DNA of 64,000 nucleotides from Candidatus Heimdallarchaeota archaeon (lineage in GTDB: Archaea > Asgardarchaeota > Heimdallarchaeia > JABLTI01): contig JABCTZ010000037.1 of assembly GCA_018238155.1 (NCBI GenBank), positions 32,001-96,000 on the forward strand, given 5' to 3'. This document shows positions 30,812 through 39,574 of the stretch, one piece after another (the stretch's first letter is position 1; each line of letters begins with the position of its first letter). A program made the position numbers and the translations under genes. The notes under the pieces are model-generated. The model made no database searches. It was not told the DNA's origin and worked only from the letters and a program-made list of their open reading frames with translations.

Positions 30812-31193
30812 TTATGGACAAATAGGACATTGCACTATTTGTTCATTCCCAGTCACAGTAACAAGACCGTTGTTGTTACTGATCATCTCTGAGACCTCAC
30901 CAGAAACAATTGGGTGAAGGATTCCCGAGTCCATGTAGGGCACGGGGCTGGAACCTTTTGAATTGGCTTTTGACTTTTGTTAGTCAGTAAAGAAATATAC
31001 TGCTGCTCAGTATTAAGCCTCTTTCTTGAGAGATTGACGAAAGTATTGCAGCCCATTTTTGCTTATGAATCATCAACTATTCTGCTTTTCGTTCTATCTA
31101 TTTGAACATTCGTTTCTCAAAAGATTGTTTGTGAGTGTACACTTTACCCTTTGTCCTTATTGTCCATAAGAAGTGATAACAGTTGCCACTCCT
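30812..31193 (-). ncRNA. Candidate structured non-coding RNA, family unknown; strand tentative
   Basis: Terminal 18-nt inverted repeat 30812-30829/31152-31169 (16/18) encloses at least 6 nested helices; no credible ORF. Confidence 0.5.
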
Positions 31194-31261
31194 ACAAGAG
31201 AAATTTAAATAAAGAATATAGATAAATTCAAAAAATAAAATAAATAGATAAAACATACCAA

Positions 31262-31368
31262 GTGCGAGTGGTCTAGCTCGGCATGACGCTAGCCTCACAG
31301 TTTACCTATCTTTCAGGAAAACGAGGAAACGCTGGATATCACCGGTTCAAATCCGGTCTCGCACACCA
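31262..31368 (+). tRNA. tRNA-Val(CAC) with a 30-nt intron; CCA encoded
   Basis: Acceptor GTGCGAG/CTCGCAC, anticodon stem CTAGC/GCTGG, CAC at 31296-31298, T-arm ACCGG-TTCAAAT-CCGGT, ACCA end. Intron is 31299-31328 or 31300-31329. Confidence 0.93.
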
Positions 31369-31387
31369 ATAATATCTATTTTTCTAA

Positions 31388-31861
31388 CTATTTTCTTCCA
31401 CCATGAAGTATCGGCAAAATTACTATCTTGTCATCGATATTAACTAGATCAGAAAGTGAATATATTTCTCCATTTACGAGGACAGTATGTTTTCTAATCA
31501 CATCATCTTTAAATCCATTATTCTTCATGTAAATCTTGACAGTCATTGGGTATTGGAGTTGTTCAAACGGTTCAAAAGTAAAATCAGGTAAACTCTCTTG
31601 TTTTAATTTAATCAATTTAAAAAATTGAATCAGAATTTTCACAGCTTCATCAAAGAGTGTGGAGTTTTTCAAATTGCCTTTAGTAGTTGCTTCGATTAGT
31701 TTCTTCTTGAGATTTTCGCACAAGAATAACTGTTCATCCGCTGAAAGTTTCTGCCAGTTATCTTTTAGCTTTTCGTGAAAACTTTTCAGTTTGAAATTTT
31801 TATTAAATTCTGTTTCTTCGAGAAACTTATTTGACCATTTAAATTTATCATATCCGGTCAT
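31388..31861 (-). CDS. Ubiquitin-like (MoaD/ThiS fold) domain with N-terminal helical extension, ending GG-RK
   Basis: MTVKIYM...TVLVNGE...VNIDDKIVILPILHGGRK*. Confidence 0.7.
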   Translation of the reverse strand: MTGYDKFKWSNKFLEETEFNKNFKLKSFHEKLKDNWQKLSADEQLFLCENLKKKLIEATTKGNLKNSTLFDEAVKILIQFFKLIKLKQESLPDFTFEPFEQLQYPMTVKIYMKNNGFKDDVIRKHTVLVNGEIYSLSDLVNIDDKIVILPILHGGRK

Positions 31862-31979
31862 TTTTTACACTTCATCCTTTTCATTTAATTAAGGTAATAA
31901 TTATTTTTTTAACTGAAAAGTCTTTTCTATCCTTGTTAGAGAAAGCATATTCAGTTCAAATATTGCTTATCGTTCTTTA

Positions 31980-32516
31980 CTAATTTCTTCTACTAAATTT
32001 TACTACTCTTTTTGTATTTTCTATTAGCTTAAATTTATTTGTTTTTTCGATTAGCTCAGTGATATCATCTGCTGATTTACCTGATTTTTGAATGGCAATT
32101 ATTCCATCTTTTGTGAGAATCCGATCCATTTCCAACATAACGTCATCAATTATTTTCACTAATGAATGTATCACACCAAAAAAGAAAGCAAGATCAATAC
32201 TATCATCAAGTAAACTCGTTTCTGTGACATTCTCATGCAGTAATTTGACATTGTTGATTTTTTTCTTGGAAATTTTCTTTTCAACTCTTTTGATTGCAAA
32301 AGGGTTTATATCACTAGCATAGACAATCCCTTCTTCACCGACAATTTTTGCTGCAGGAATAGTATAGAAACCAGGTCCACATCCGACCTCAAGTATTTTC
32401 TGCCCTTTTTCTACACCAGCAGGTAAAAGCAAATTTTCTGCTTTCATAAACAATCCATAAATCATTTCATGCATAAATGAAACGCCGATAAAATGAATTC
32501 TCTCACGGAATGACAA
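31980..32516 (-). CDS. Class I SAM-dependent methyltransferase
   Basis: ILEVGCGPGFYT, VYASDIN, SIDLAFF, RILTKDG. Confidence 0.9.
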   Translation of the reverse strand: MSFRERIHFIGVSFMHEMIYGLFMKAENLLLPAGVEKGQKILEVGCGPGFYTIPAAKIVGEEGIVYASDINPFAIKRVEKKISKKKINNVKLLHENVTETSLLDDSIDLAFFFGVIHSLVKIIDDVMLEMDRILTKDGIIAIQKSGKSADDITELIEKTNKFKLIENTKRVVKFSRRN

Positions 32517-32691
32517 AACAAATCCTCGAATAATTAATCAATCTAATTACTTAAATAATTTATCTAACATTGTTGATAAATTTGGATCAAGAAAATTTTA
32601 CATCAAAATGAAAATAGAAGGTTTAAATACAAAATGAACGCCTTTTAATTGAGCCACATCTTTGGACTCAAGTCCAAGGTGATGAAAAACT

Positions 32692-33540
32692 ATGTCTGGA
32701 TTTATCATTCTTAGAGATATTCCAAAAGAAATCGCTCAAATTGATTTGCTTTCTTTTGATATTAAAGGTGGTTTTCGAGGTTTTTCTGTTGTTGAACCTG
32801 GCTTTCACTTTGTCAGCATAAAAGTTGACGATGAAATGCATGAAGGTTTCTGGTGTTTTGTAAATGACGAAGAAGCAATAATTAAACAATTTAACTATAC
32901 TACCAAAAGCTTTCAGAATTGTAATCCTAAAGAAGAACGTAACTACAAGCAGCTTGCACAAAGTGGTGCAATGAATCACGTCCTTATTCCAATTATGCCT
33001 TTGAATTATACAGCAGTTGCTAACTGGAACATTCTAACAAACTATTTGAAAAAGGATAAAATTCCGTTTAACTTAAATCACGAAGAACCAATTATTCTAC
33101 CAAATAATCTTTCTATAGAAGAAACGAGTGATTGGTTTGAAAAAAAATTCAAATCTCGTTTTGAACAAGCTTTTGAGGATTCACATAATTGCAAAAATGA
33201 TTCTTTCTTAGCTGAATTTCAATTTTCTTTTGTTAAATATATTGTAAGACAGAAAGATAATCAGGCACTACAACGATGGTTACATTTGCTTCAAGCATGC
33301 TATAATGCAGGAGAAAGAAAAATAGATTCACAACCAACCTTGTTTTCCGAGTTAGTAACTATAATGACATTCCAATTTGATTTACTGGCAAAAGATGAAT
33401 TTTCAAGAGATAGCAAACTAATCTCGAGTATAGATCATTTCATTGAAGATATGATCGATACAGGTAATGAAAAGCTAGTAAAACAAGCACAGAGATTAGC
33501 TCAATATTTTGAAGAAAGGGAAATCAACATAGAGAATTAG
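32692..33540 (+). CDS. AAR2-family protein (homologue of the eukaryotic U5 snRNP assembly factor)
   Basis: IILRDIP...IDLLSFDIKGGFRGFSVVEPGFHFV...GFW and FLAEFQFSFV...LQRWLHLL...LFSELVTIMTFQF. These parallel eukaryotic AAR2 motifs as recalled: GIDxxSWxVGxxFRGVKMIPPGxHF, GFF, LGELQFAFV, EHWKRLL, ILYHQL. Confidence 0.8.
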   Translation: MSGFIILRDIPKEIAQIDLLSFDIKGGFRGFSVVEPGFHFVSIKVDDEMHEGFWCFVNDEEAIIKQFNYTTKSFQNCNPKEERNYKQLAQSGAMNHVLIPIMPLNYTAVANWNILTNYLKKDKIPFNLNHEEPIILPNNLSIEETSDWFEKKFKSRFEQAFEDSHNCKNDSFLAEFQFSFVKYIVRQKDNQALQRWLHLLQACYNAGERKIDSQPTLFSELVTIMTFQFDLLAKDEFSRDSKLISSIDHFIEDMIDTGNEKLVKQAQRLAQYFEEREINIEN

Positions 33541-33584
33541 CAATTTCTTTTAGAAAAATAAACTAATACCGTTCCTTTTTGAGG

Positions 33585-35243
33585 TTATTCTTCATTTGTT
33601 TCTTTAGTTATAATATCAGGTTGCTTTGTATCACTAGTTTGAATACTGCCATCATCATAGATGGTCCATCCTGCAGATGTTTTCAGGCTTTTAACAGATT
33701 CCATAAATTGTTCTACTAATTTAGCGTATTTCTCTTGTTCAACAGTTTGATGATAAATAATTGTGATGTCTTCTTTCAAATTTGCTCTTGTACTTCTTAT
33801 ACGACCCATTGCTTGTTCACGAGCTTCAACTGATAATGTTGTCCCGAAATGAATACAACGATCCGCTTGAGGTAAATCTGTTCCTTTACGTATAAGGCGC
33901 TCGCTTGCAAATAGAACTTTAACTTCACCACTCTTAAAGCGTTTAATTTGCATATTTTGAGATTCTCCGCCCATACCACCGTGAACAAAAAGGTTTGGAA
34001 TACCTTCTTTTTCAAGCAATCGAGAAAGATGTCTAGTCATATCTACAAAGCGCAAGAAAATGATAACTGAACTATCTTCTTCTCGAACAAGTTTCTTAAC
34101 AATTTGAATTAATCGCAAATCTTTAGGTGAAACAGTTTTAGCCTTTCCTTCCTTAACAGCTATCTCAACTAATTCTTTGATAGCAATCCAATCAGAAGAG
34201 CTCAAGAGAAGGCTATTTTTTATATTGATAACAAAACCGGCAAATTTAGCAAAAGTGTGCTCAAAGAGAAATTGTCTGGCAATTACTAAATCAAGATATG
34301 CACCGGCATTGATAATTAAATTCTTGAAAAACCCTGCAGAACCTTTCGCAAAGCTTGTCCCCTGATAAGAGCGTTTCAATATATCATTAGCGAAGAGAAG
34401 CATTCTATTACCCGGTAAATTTTGTCCACTCAAACGTTTATAACCACTTCTCAATACTTTCTCAGTTTTAGAGCGAAGAACAGTAAGATATTGATCTACC
34501 TCTTTTCTCATATCATCAAAAACATAAAATCGCTTCAGCTTTATTGCGGGAGCATGTTCTTTAAAATCGTCACTTTGTGGGTAGATGAATTCAACCATAT
34601 CTTTTCCACCCAATGTCCCTTCAATAAAGGATAGCTTGCCTTTTTGAAGAATTGATGCTGTTAAACCCAAGAATTTGGAACTCTCTTTGGCTTTTAAGCG
34701 ATCAATTAATGGAGCAAAACGTTTGTCCATTCGAAATCCTCCACCCGCTACTGTTTGAGCTGTAATATCCAAAATCTCATCGATAACAATGAACTCTACT
34801 TTATCAAGGTCTTGAGGGAGAACCCTTCTTTGAGAAGGTGTCCTTGCAAAGAGCGAATTCATTAATAGTGCAGGAGTAGCGAAAATAAAACGAGATAAAG
34901 CAAAGTGCTTTTGAATGATTTTTGGTGGCAAGCCCTTACCTTCAGGTAAAAGGAAGGAACCTCCATAACCAGATAAATCTGCTTGACAAACGTCGTGTAA
35001 TTGATGCTTTAATTTTCTATCAGGAGATAAGAATAATACTTTACCTTCAGAAGAAATAACGCCTTTCTTAAGCAACTCTACAATAACCATAACAGCAACA
35101 TTTGTTTTACCCATACCTGTAGGTAATAGTAAAACAGCTGAACGTTTTTCATCTTCAAATAATGATTTAAGAATTTTCTCAGCAGCATCTGTTTGATACT
35201 CTCTAGGGGTAAAGGATAAATCATCTAAACACTCGAGTGTCAC
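33585..35243 (-). CDS. SF2 helicase (Hef/FANCM-like helicase core, no nuclease domain)
   Basis: PREYQ, LPTGMGKT, FATP, VIDEIL, GLTAS, IIF, VHGG, KGTDLP, QAMGR. Confidence 0.85.
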   Translation of the reverse strand: MTLECLDDLSFTPREYQTDAAEKILKSLFEDEKRSAVLLLPTGMGKTNVAVMVIVELLKKGVISSEGKVLFLSPDRKLKHQLHDVCQADLSGYGGSFLLPEGKGLPPKIIQKHFALSRFIFATPALLMNSLFARTPSQRRVLPQDLDKVEFIVIDEILDITAQTVAGGGFRMDKRFAPLIDRLKAKESSKFLGLTASILQKGKLSFIEGTLGGKDMVEFIYPQSDDFKEHAPAIKLKRFYVFDDMRKEVDQYLTVLRSKTEKVLRSGYKRLSGQNLPGNRMLLFANDILKRSYQGTSFAKGSAGFFKNLIINAGAYLDLVIARQFLFEHTFAKFAGFVINIKNSLLLSSSDWIAIKELVEIAVKEGKAKTVSPKDLRLIQIVKKLVREEDSSVIIFLRFVDMTRHLSRLLEKEGIPNLFVHGGMGGESQNMQIKRFKSGEVKVLFASERLIRKGTDLPQADRCIHFGTTLSVEAREQAMGRIRSTRANLKEDITIIYHQTVEQEKYAKLVEQFMESVKSLKTSAGWTIYDDGSIQTSDTKQPDIITKETNEE

Positions 35244-35410
35244 AAATTACACGCTCAAAGGATTTTTACTAATAACTAATTTATAAATAACGCTTATTTA
35301 AAAAAAATTAGGTTAAACTCTTTTTAGATTAAACATCAATAATAACAGAATAATTGATTATTTTGAAAAAAGAAAGAGAATGATAGGCTCGAATGATTCG
35401 AACACTAACA

Positions 35411-36754
35411 TTACGAAACGAATTTTATATTGTCTATCGCCACATAAGGAACATACCAGCTTGGTGTCCCTCTAAAGGGCTTTAATTCCTTACTTAGATG
35501 AGTAATTGATTTCAGATTAGTGAAGACATTAGCAACAGCAGTAATTTCTTTTAGTGTATCAGTGATTTCTCCATTTTCAATCAAACGACCACCTTTCACG
35601 GCACCAGAATAATCACCTGAAATTGGATCAGGGACAGTACTAATCCTCTGAATGAGAATTCCCTTCTTAATCTCAGGAATAATATCATCAATGGATTTCT
35701 TACCAGGGGTTATTTTAAGATTAGTAGTGGATAGATTTGGAATGTTTCTAAAACCACCGCCTGCATGACCAGTACTCTTAAGATTTTCTTTATTCGCGGA
35801 GAAAGTGTCATAAAAGACTCCAGTGAACGTTCCATTTTCTACAATATTGAGCTTTTTATGAGGAACTCCTTCACGATCGAAACTTCTACTACCAAGACTA
35901 TTCTCAATGGTTCCATCATCAACAAGAGTTACAGCATCAATAGCAATTTTATCTCCAAGTTTATCTTGAAGGTAACTGGACCCAGATTGAATATTGGTTG
36001 CTTTAGCGCTATCAATAATAAGACCAAAAATCAATTGAGCAGCATCAGGAGTGAATATCGCAGGACCTTCAAAAGAGTCAATTTTTTGAGCATTCAAATT
36101 TTGCAACACTTTTTGTGAGAATTCTGTTGCTGTTTTTTCGAGGTCTACATCTGCAATGTTGATAACAGAATCGAATTCATAATCAAAAGAACCGATATCA
36201 GCACCATCGATAGCCATGCCAAATAGGCCATAACTCAGGGCAGATTTCCTGTCTGAAACATTTATTCCATTTGAGTTGACTATTGCGTAATAATCTTCAG
36301 TTGTTTCAAAATTACCAGAATCAATGGAAATTCTTGAATCGATTTTAAGAGCAGCTTTTAGTAATTTGTTACTGTTAGAAACGATGTCATCCATAGAAAC
36401 ATTACTGATCTCTTCATCAAAGATTTTTGCAACTTGTTGAGTAGGCTGTTTTTGAGGTAAGAAATAATTGTCCTCAGGAGGAGAAACTTTGGCAATAGAA
36501 AATGCTTCTTTAAGCGCTTCACCAATCTTCTTTTTACTAAATGTATTAACACTAGCAAAACCCAAAGATTTATTCTTCAGAACACGTATTCCTACGCCTT
36601 CAATGGTTGTCGAAACAGCAGATTTCAAATTATTTGCTTCAAAATTTACTGTCTTTTGCTTTTGCTTATGAGCATAAAGCTCAACTTCATCAACACCTAA
36701 TTTCTGTGCTTTAGCAACAAAAGAATCGATTACAGATAATAATTCATCAGACAT
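35411..36754 (-). CDS. pmbA: TldE/PmbA metalloprotease partner subunit
   Basis: GVGIRV..LGFAS, DDGT...SRSFDREGVP, STGHA, SGDYSG, LIENGEI; no HExxH. True start ATG 36754 follows GGAGG; the ORF-track extension to 36820 reads through the repeat. Confidence 0.9.
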   Translation of the reverse strand: MSDELLSVIDSFVAKAQKLGVDEVELYAHKQKQKTVNFEANNLKSAVSTTIEGVGIRVLKNKSLGFASVNTFSKKKIGEALKEAFSIAKVSPPEDNYFLPQKQPTQQVAKIFDEEISNVSMDDIVSNSNKLLKAALKIDSRISIDSGNFETTEDYYAIVNSNGINVSDRKSALSYGLFGMAIDGADIGSFDYEFDSVINIADVDLEKTATEFSQKVLQNLNAQKIDSFEGPAIFTPDAAQLIFGLIIDSAKATNIQSGSSYLQDKLGDKIAIDAVTLVDDGTIENSLGSRSFDREGVPHKKLNIVENGTFTGVFYDTFSANKENLKSTGHAGGGFRNIPNLSTTNLKITPGKKSIDDIIPEIKKGILIQRISTVPDPISGDYSGAVKGGRLIENGEITDTLKEITAVANVFTNLKSITHLSKELKPFRGTPSWYVPYVAIDNIKFVS

Positions 36755-36755
36755 T

Positions 36756-36843
36756 TTATTTACCTCCAACACTACCTGAAACAAGAGCAATCGCTTGAGT
36801 GGTCCCTCCACCACCATCAACTTTAGTAGGTTGCAACTTGCCA
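36756..36843 (-). pseudogene. Displaced relic of the tldD 3' end (left copy of the direct repeat)
   Basis: Encodes GKLQPTKVDGGGGTTQAIALVSGSVGGK*, ending 1 nt before the pmbA ATG. 36774-36843 matches 46023-46092 at 62/70 nt. Confidence 0.88.
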
Positions 36844-37217
36844 GAAGTATTGATCAGAAAATCTATTTCAAAGTTACATAATAAATAATTCATCATTAAA
36901 ACACCTAAACACTTTCTATATATAAAAAATCTTAATAAATATTATCTGAGAACGGAATAATCAGAAATTATAGGTGTTAAAAATATTCACTTTTATTTTT
37001 TAGAGATTTATCACATATTTCAAATTTACGAGAAGATAAATGGTTGGGGTTTCATTTCTCTTCAAAAAGTCCATATAAGTTTGTAACATTTTCTATAAAC
37101 GAAACTTAAATAAATCCATTCGCAATTCTAGATATTTGATTCCCAATTAAATTGAAAAAGGAATCCATAATCCCTGCTAGAAGTTTTGAGTTTATTTAGT
37201 AGACGGATTAAGAATTC

Positions 37218-37831
37218 ATGAATTTAATAAATGTTGATGGTTGGGGAGCTGATGAACAAGAAGATATTAAATATGCAATTAAGGCATTAATCAATCAATG
37301 TATAGCTGAAAAGGGCAAAATTGGAATAACATGGATGAATTTTGGTGGTTACAATTATTGGTTTCAAATAACAATAGCATTAAGTGAATTTGTCAATACA
37401 ATAGTCAAAAAGGTGATCAAGGTTATGATATTCACAAGATACTTTGGATTAAATACGAAATTTGGTGCAAAGACGTCCAATGTCATGGATATAAAAACGA
37501 TAACATAAATCAATTTGTGGTTTCATCTATAACTTTTCTTACTTTAAGAGGTTCAAGACTTTGGAGTGGCACTGGTAAAAGATATGCTGCTCACATAGAG
37601 TTCGGCTATACAACAACTTTTCCCGTGAGTGCAGATACAGCTGATATCATACCATTTAGTGCACTTGGAACCTCATGGACATCTGTTGAACAAGGTTGGG
37701 GAATATTCTATAACTACTGTATATATGGACATTACTCATTAAGAGTGTCTTTAGCAATACATAGAAAGCAAGCTAGTTTATGGATAACAAAAGCTGTAGC
37801 AATCAGTTTTGCTCAGTTCTATGTCTTCTAG
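37218..37831 (+). pseudogene. Probable frameshifted gene of unknown function
   Basis: The frame of ORF 37517-37831 is open back to 37388 (ICQYNSQKGDQGYDIHKILWIKYEIWCKD...), overlapping ORF 37218-37508. This is consistent with one frameshift near 37385. Confidence 0.45.
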
Positions 37832-37834
37832 TAC

Positions 37835-39574
37835 TCAAGGGGAATCTCTTATTGAGATTTTACTTTTTTTCATTGATACTAAGCCGTCATTTATTATTTT
37901 GCCATCATTAATTTCTATTGCTCTATGATTTTCTTGAAGTAAGGATAAATCATGTGTAGCAATTATTAAAGTGATTTCTATTGCCTTATGGAATTCAACA
38001 AGTTTGTTAATTGTTTCTTTAGCTAAATCATAATCCAGATTTGCAGTTGGTTCATCAAGGAATAAGATTTTGGGATTCCTATATGCAGCTATAGCTAAAC
38101 TCGCTCTCTGTAATTCCCCACCAGAAACCTCTAACGGAAATGATTCTTGTCTATGAGCGATTTTATATCTACTTAATAGCTCATCTATTTTTTGTTTTGT
38201 GTTGTTGTCATTGTTCTTATCTTTCAGAAAAATGTCTTTGATATAAAAATTCTCCTTTACTGTGAGGTGCGGGTGTAAATTTCCTTGTTGAGCAATTAAT
38301 CCAAAATTTCTCAACCTGAAATCTGCTTTTTGAGCATCAGATAATACTGAGAAATCAGTACCAAGTATTTCAATAGAACCACTTGAACTTGGTTCTAATC
38401 CTGTCATGACTTTCAGAAGCGTTGTCTTACCTGAACCACTTGGTCCTAAGATGAATAATAGTTCACCTTCAAAAACTTTCAAGCTAATACTGTTTAAAAC
38501 TTTGATTTTGCCATCACTAATTTCGTAGCTTTTGTTAACATTTTTGAGATGTATGACTAATTCTTTTCCCTTTTTGTATTTACTTGGGATTTTTTTCAAA
38601 TCTAGTTTCTTAGGCACTGTAATTGGTTTAGGAGGGATTATTTTTTCAGGAGAAATGCTTTTAGGATTCTTGATTGTTATTTCACTATTTTCAGATACTT
38701 CATATTCAACATCAGTCTCAAGTTTTAACGCATCATAAATTAAATCTGGAATTCTTGCACTTCTCGTTGAATCAATATGACTTTTTAGATGCAAGGGAAA
38801 AGTACTTTGTGCTTTTCTTTCTTCTTCATTTAATATTACAGAAATTCTACCATTTCTTATCTCACAGGTTTTGCTAAATTCATCGAGAAAACGAAGATCA
38901 TGTGTTACTACTAAAATAGTTGTTTTGAATTCTTTTGAAACTTCCAATAAAAGTTTCTTAACTTTTTCAGTATTATCACTATCTAATTGTCCTGTAGGTT
39001 CATCGCACAGAATTACTGGTGTTTTTTTAGCTAAAGCACATGCTATTGCAACTCGAGTCATTTCACCACCAGATAGTGTTTTCACTATTCTATTTTTCAA
39101 ATGCTCTATCCCTAATTTCTCAAGTATTTGATTTATTCGAGAAATTAAGCTCGACACGAATCCAAATCTTAACATTTGATAAAATTGCACGTTGTCGATA
39201 ACTGATATATTTAAAAAGAGGTTTCTTTCAGGAAATTGATCTACATTACTGATCATATTTAATCTATAAGCATTTTTTTCTTCTAAAGACATTTTCTCAA
39301 GATTATAACCTGCAACTTCAACAAATCCACTAGTTATCGTTTCAAGTCCTGATAAGATATTTATAAGAGTAGTTTTTCCAGACCCACTAGGACCCACTAT
39401 TGAGATAATCTCCCCTTCTGTGATATTTAGATCAGTTCCACGCAATGCTGGAATTTTGATTTTTCTGTCATTATCAATATAGATTTTTATCAAATCTCGA
39501 CATACTATCATTTTCATCATTCCTGTTTTTCTGGGTGATAATTTTTTATTACATGAATCAGATTTGTTATCCAA
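37835..39574 (-). CDS. Tandem LolD/MacB-type ABC ATPase (two NBDs) with AbrB-like linker; likely start near 39520
   Basis: Two sets of GPSGSGKTT, (L/V)SGGE, DEPT and THD; linker HIDSTRSARIPDLIYDALKLETDVEYEV. Confidence 0.9.
   Translation of the reverse strand: MDNKSDSCNKKLSPRKTGMMKMIVCRDLIKIYIDNDRKIKIPALRGTDLNITEGEIISIVGPSGSGKTTLINILSGLETITSGFVEVAGYNLEKMSLEEKNAYRLNMISNVDQFPERNLFLNISVIDNVQFYQMLRFGFVSSLISRINQILEKLGIEHLKNRIVKTLSGGEMTRVAIACALAKKTPVILCDEPTGQLDSDNTEKVKKLLLEVSKEFKTTILVVTHDLRFLDEFSKTCEIRNGRISVILNEEERKAQSTFPLHLKSHIDSTRSARIPDLIYDALKLETDVEYEVSENSEITIKNPKSISPEKIIPPKPITVPKKLDLKKIPSKYKKGKELVIHLKNVNKSYEISDGKIKVLNSISLKVFEGELLFILGPSGSGKTTLLKVMTGLEPSSSGSIEILGTDFSVLSDAQKADFRLRNFGLIAQQGNLHPHLTVKENFYIKDIFLKDKNNDNNTKQKIDELLSRYKIAHRQESFPLEVSGGELQRASLAIAAYRNPKILFLDEPTANLDYDLAKETINKLVEFHKAIEITLIIATHDLSLLQENHRAIEINDGKIINDGLVSMKKSKISIRDSP

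Noticed and set aside
30884-31057. 57-codon minus-strand ORF (MGCNTFVNL...) inside the element
   Set aside because: No ribosome-binding site and no recognisable motif; the dense nested base-pairing is better explained at the RNA level
30812-31193. RNase P RNA, SRP RNA, tmRNA, HEARO or hammerhead identity for the structured element
   Set aside because: No GAGGAAAGUCC/ACAGAA..GGCUUA pair, no SRP helix 8, no T-loop or CCA end, no CUGANGA core, and no adjacent IscB/TnpB. Only short partial resemblances.
31098-31298. 66-aa minus-strand ORF
   Set aside because: Antisense to the tRNA-Val 5' half and its AT-rich promoter
30468-31861. rpl40e near a ubiquitin-like gene as a precursor of the eukaryotic Ub-L40 fusion
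   Set aside because: Opposite strands, separated by a tRNA, and the Ubl is MoaD/ThiS-type
36755-36820. N-terminal extension of PmbA given in the ORF track
   Set aside because: It is an alternative frame of the tldD relic; ATG 36754 has a GGAGG site
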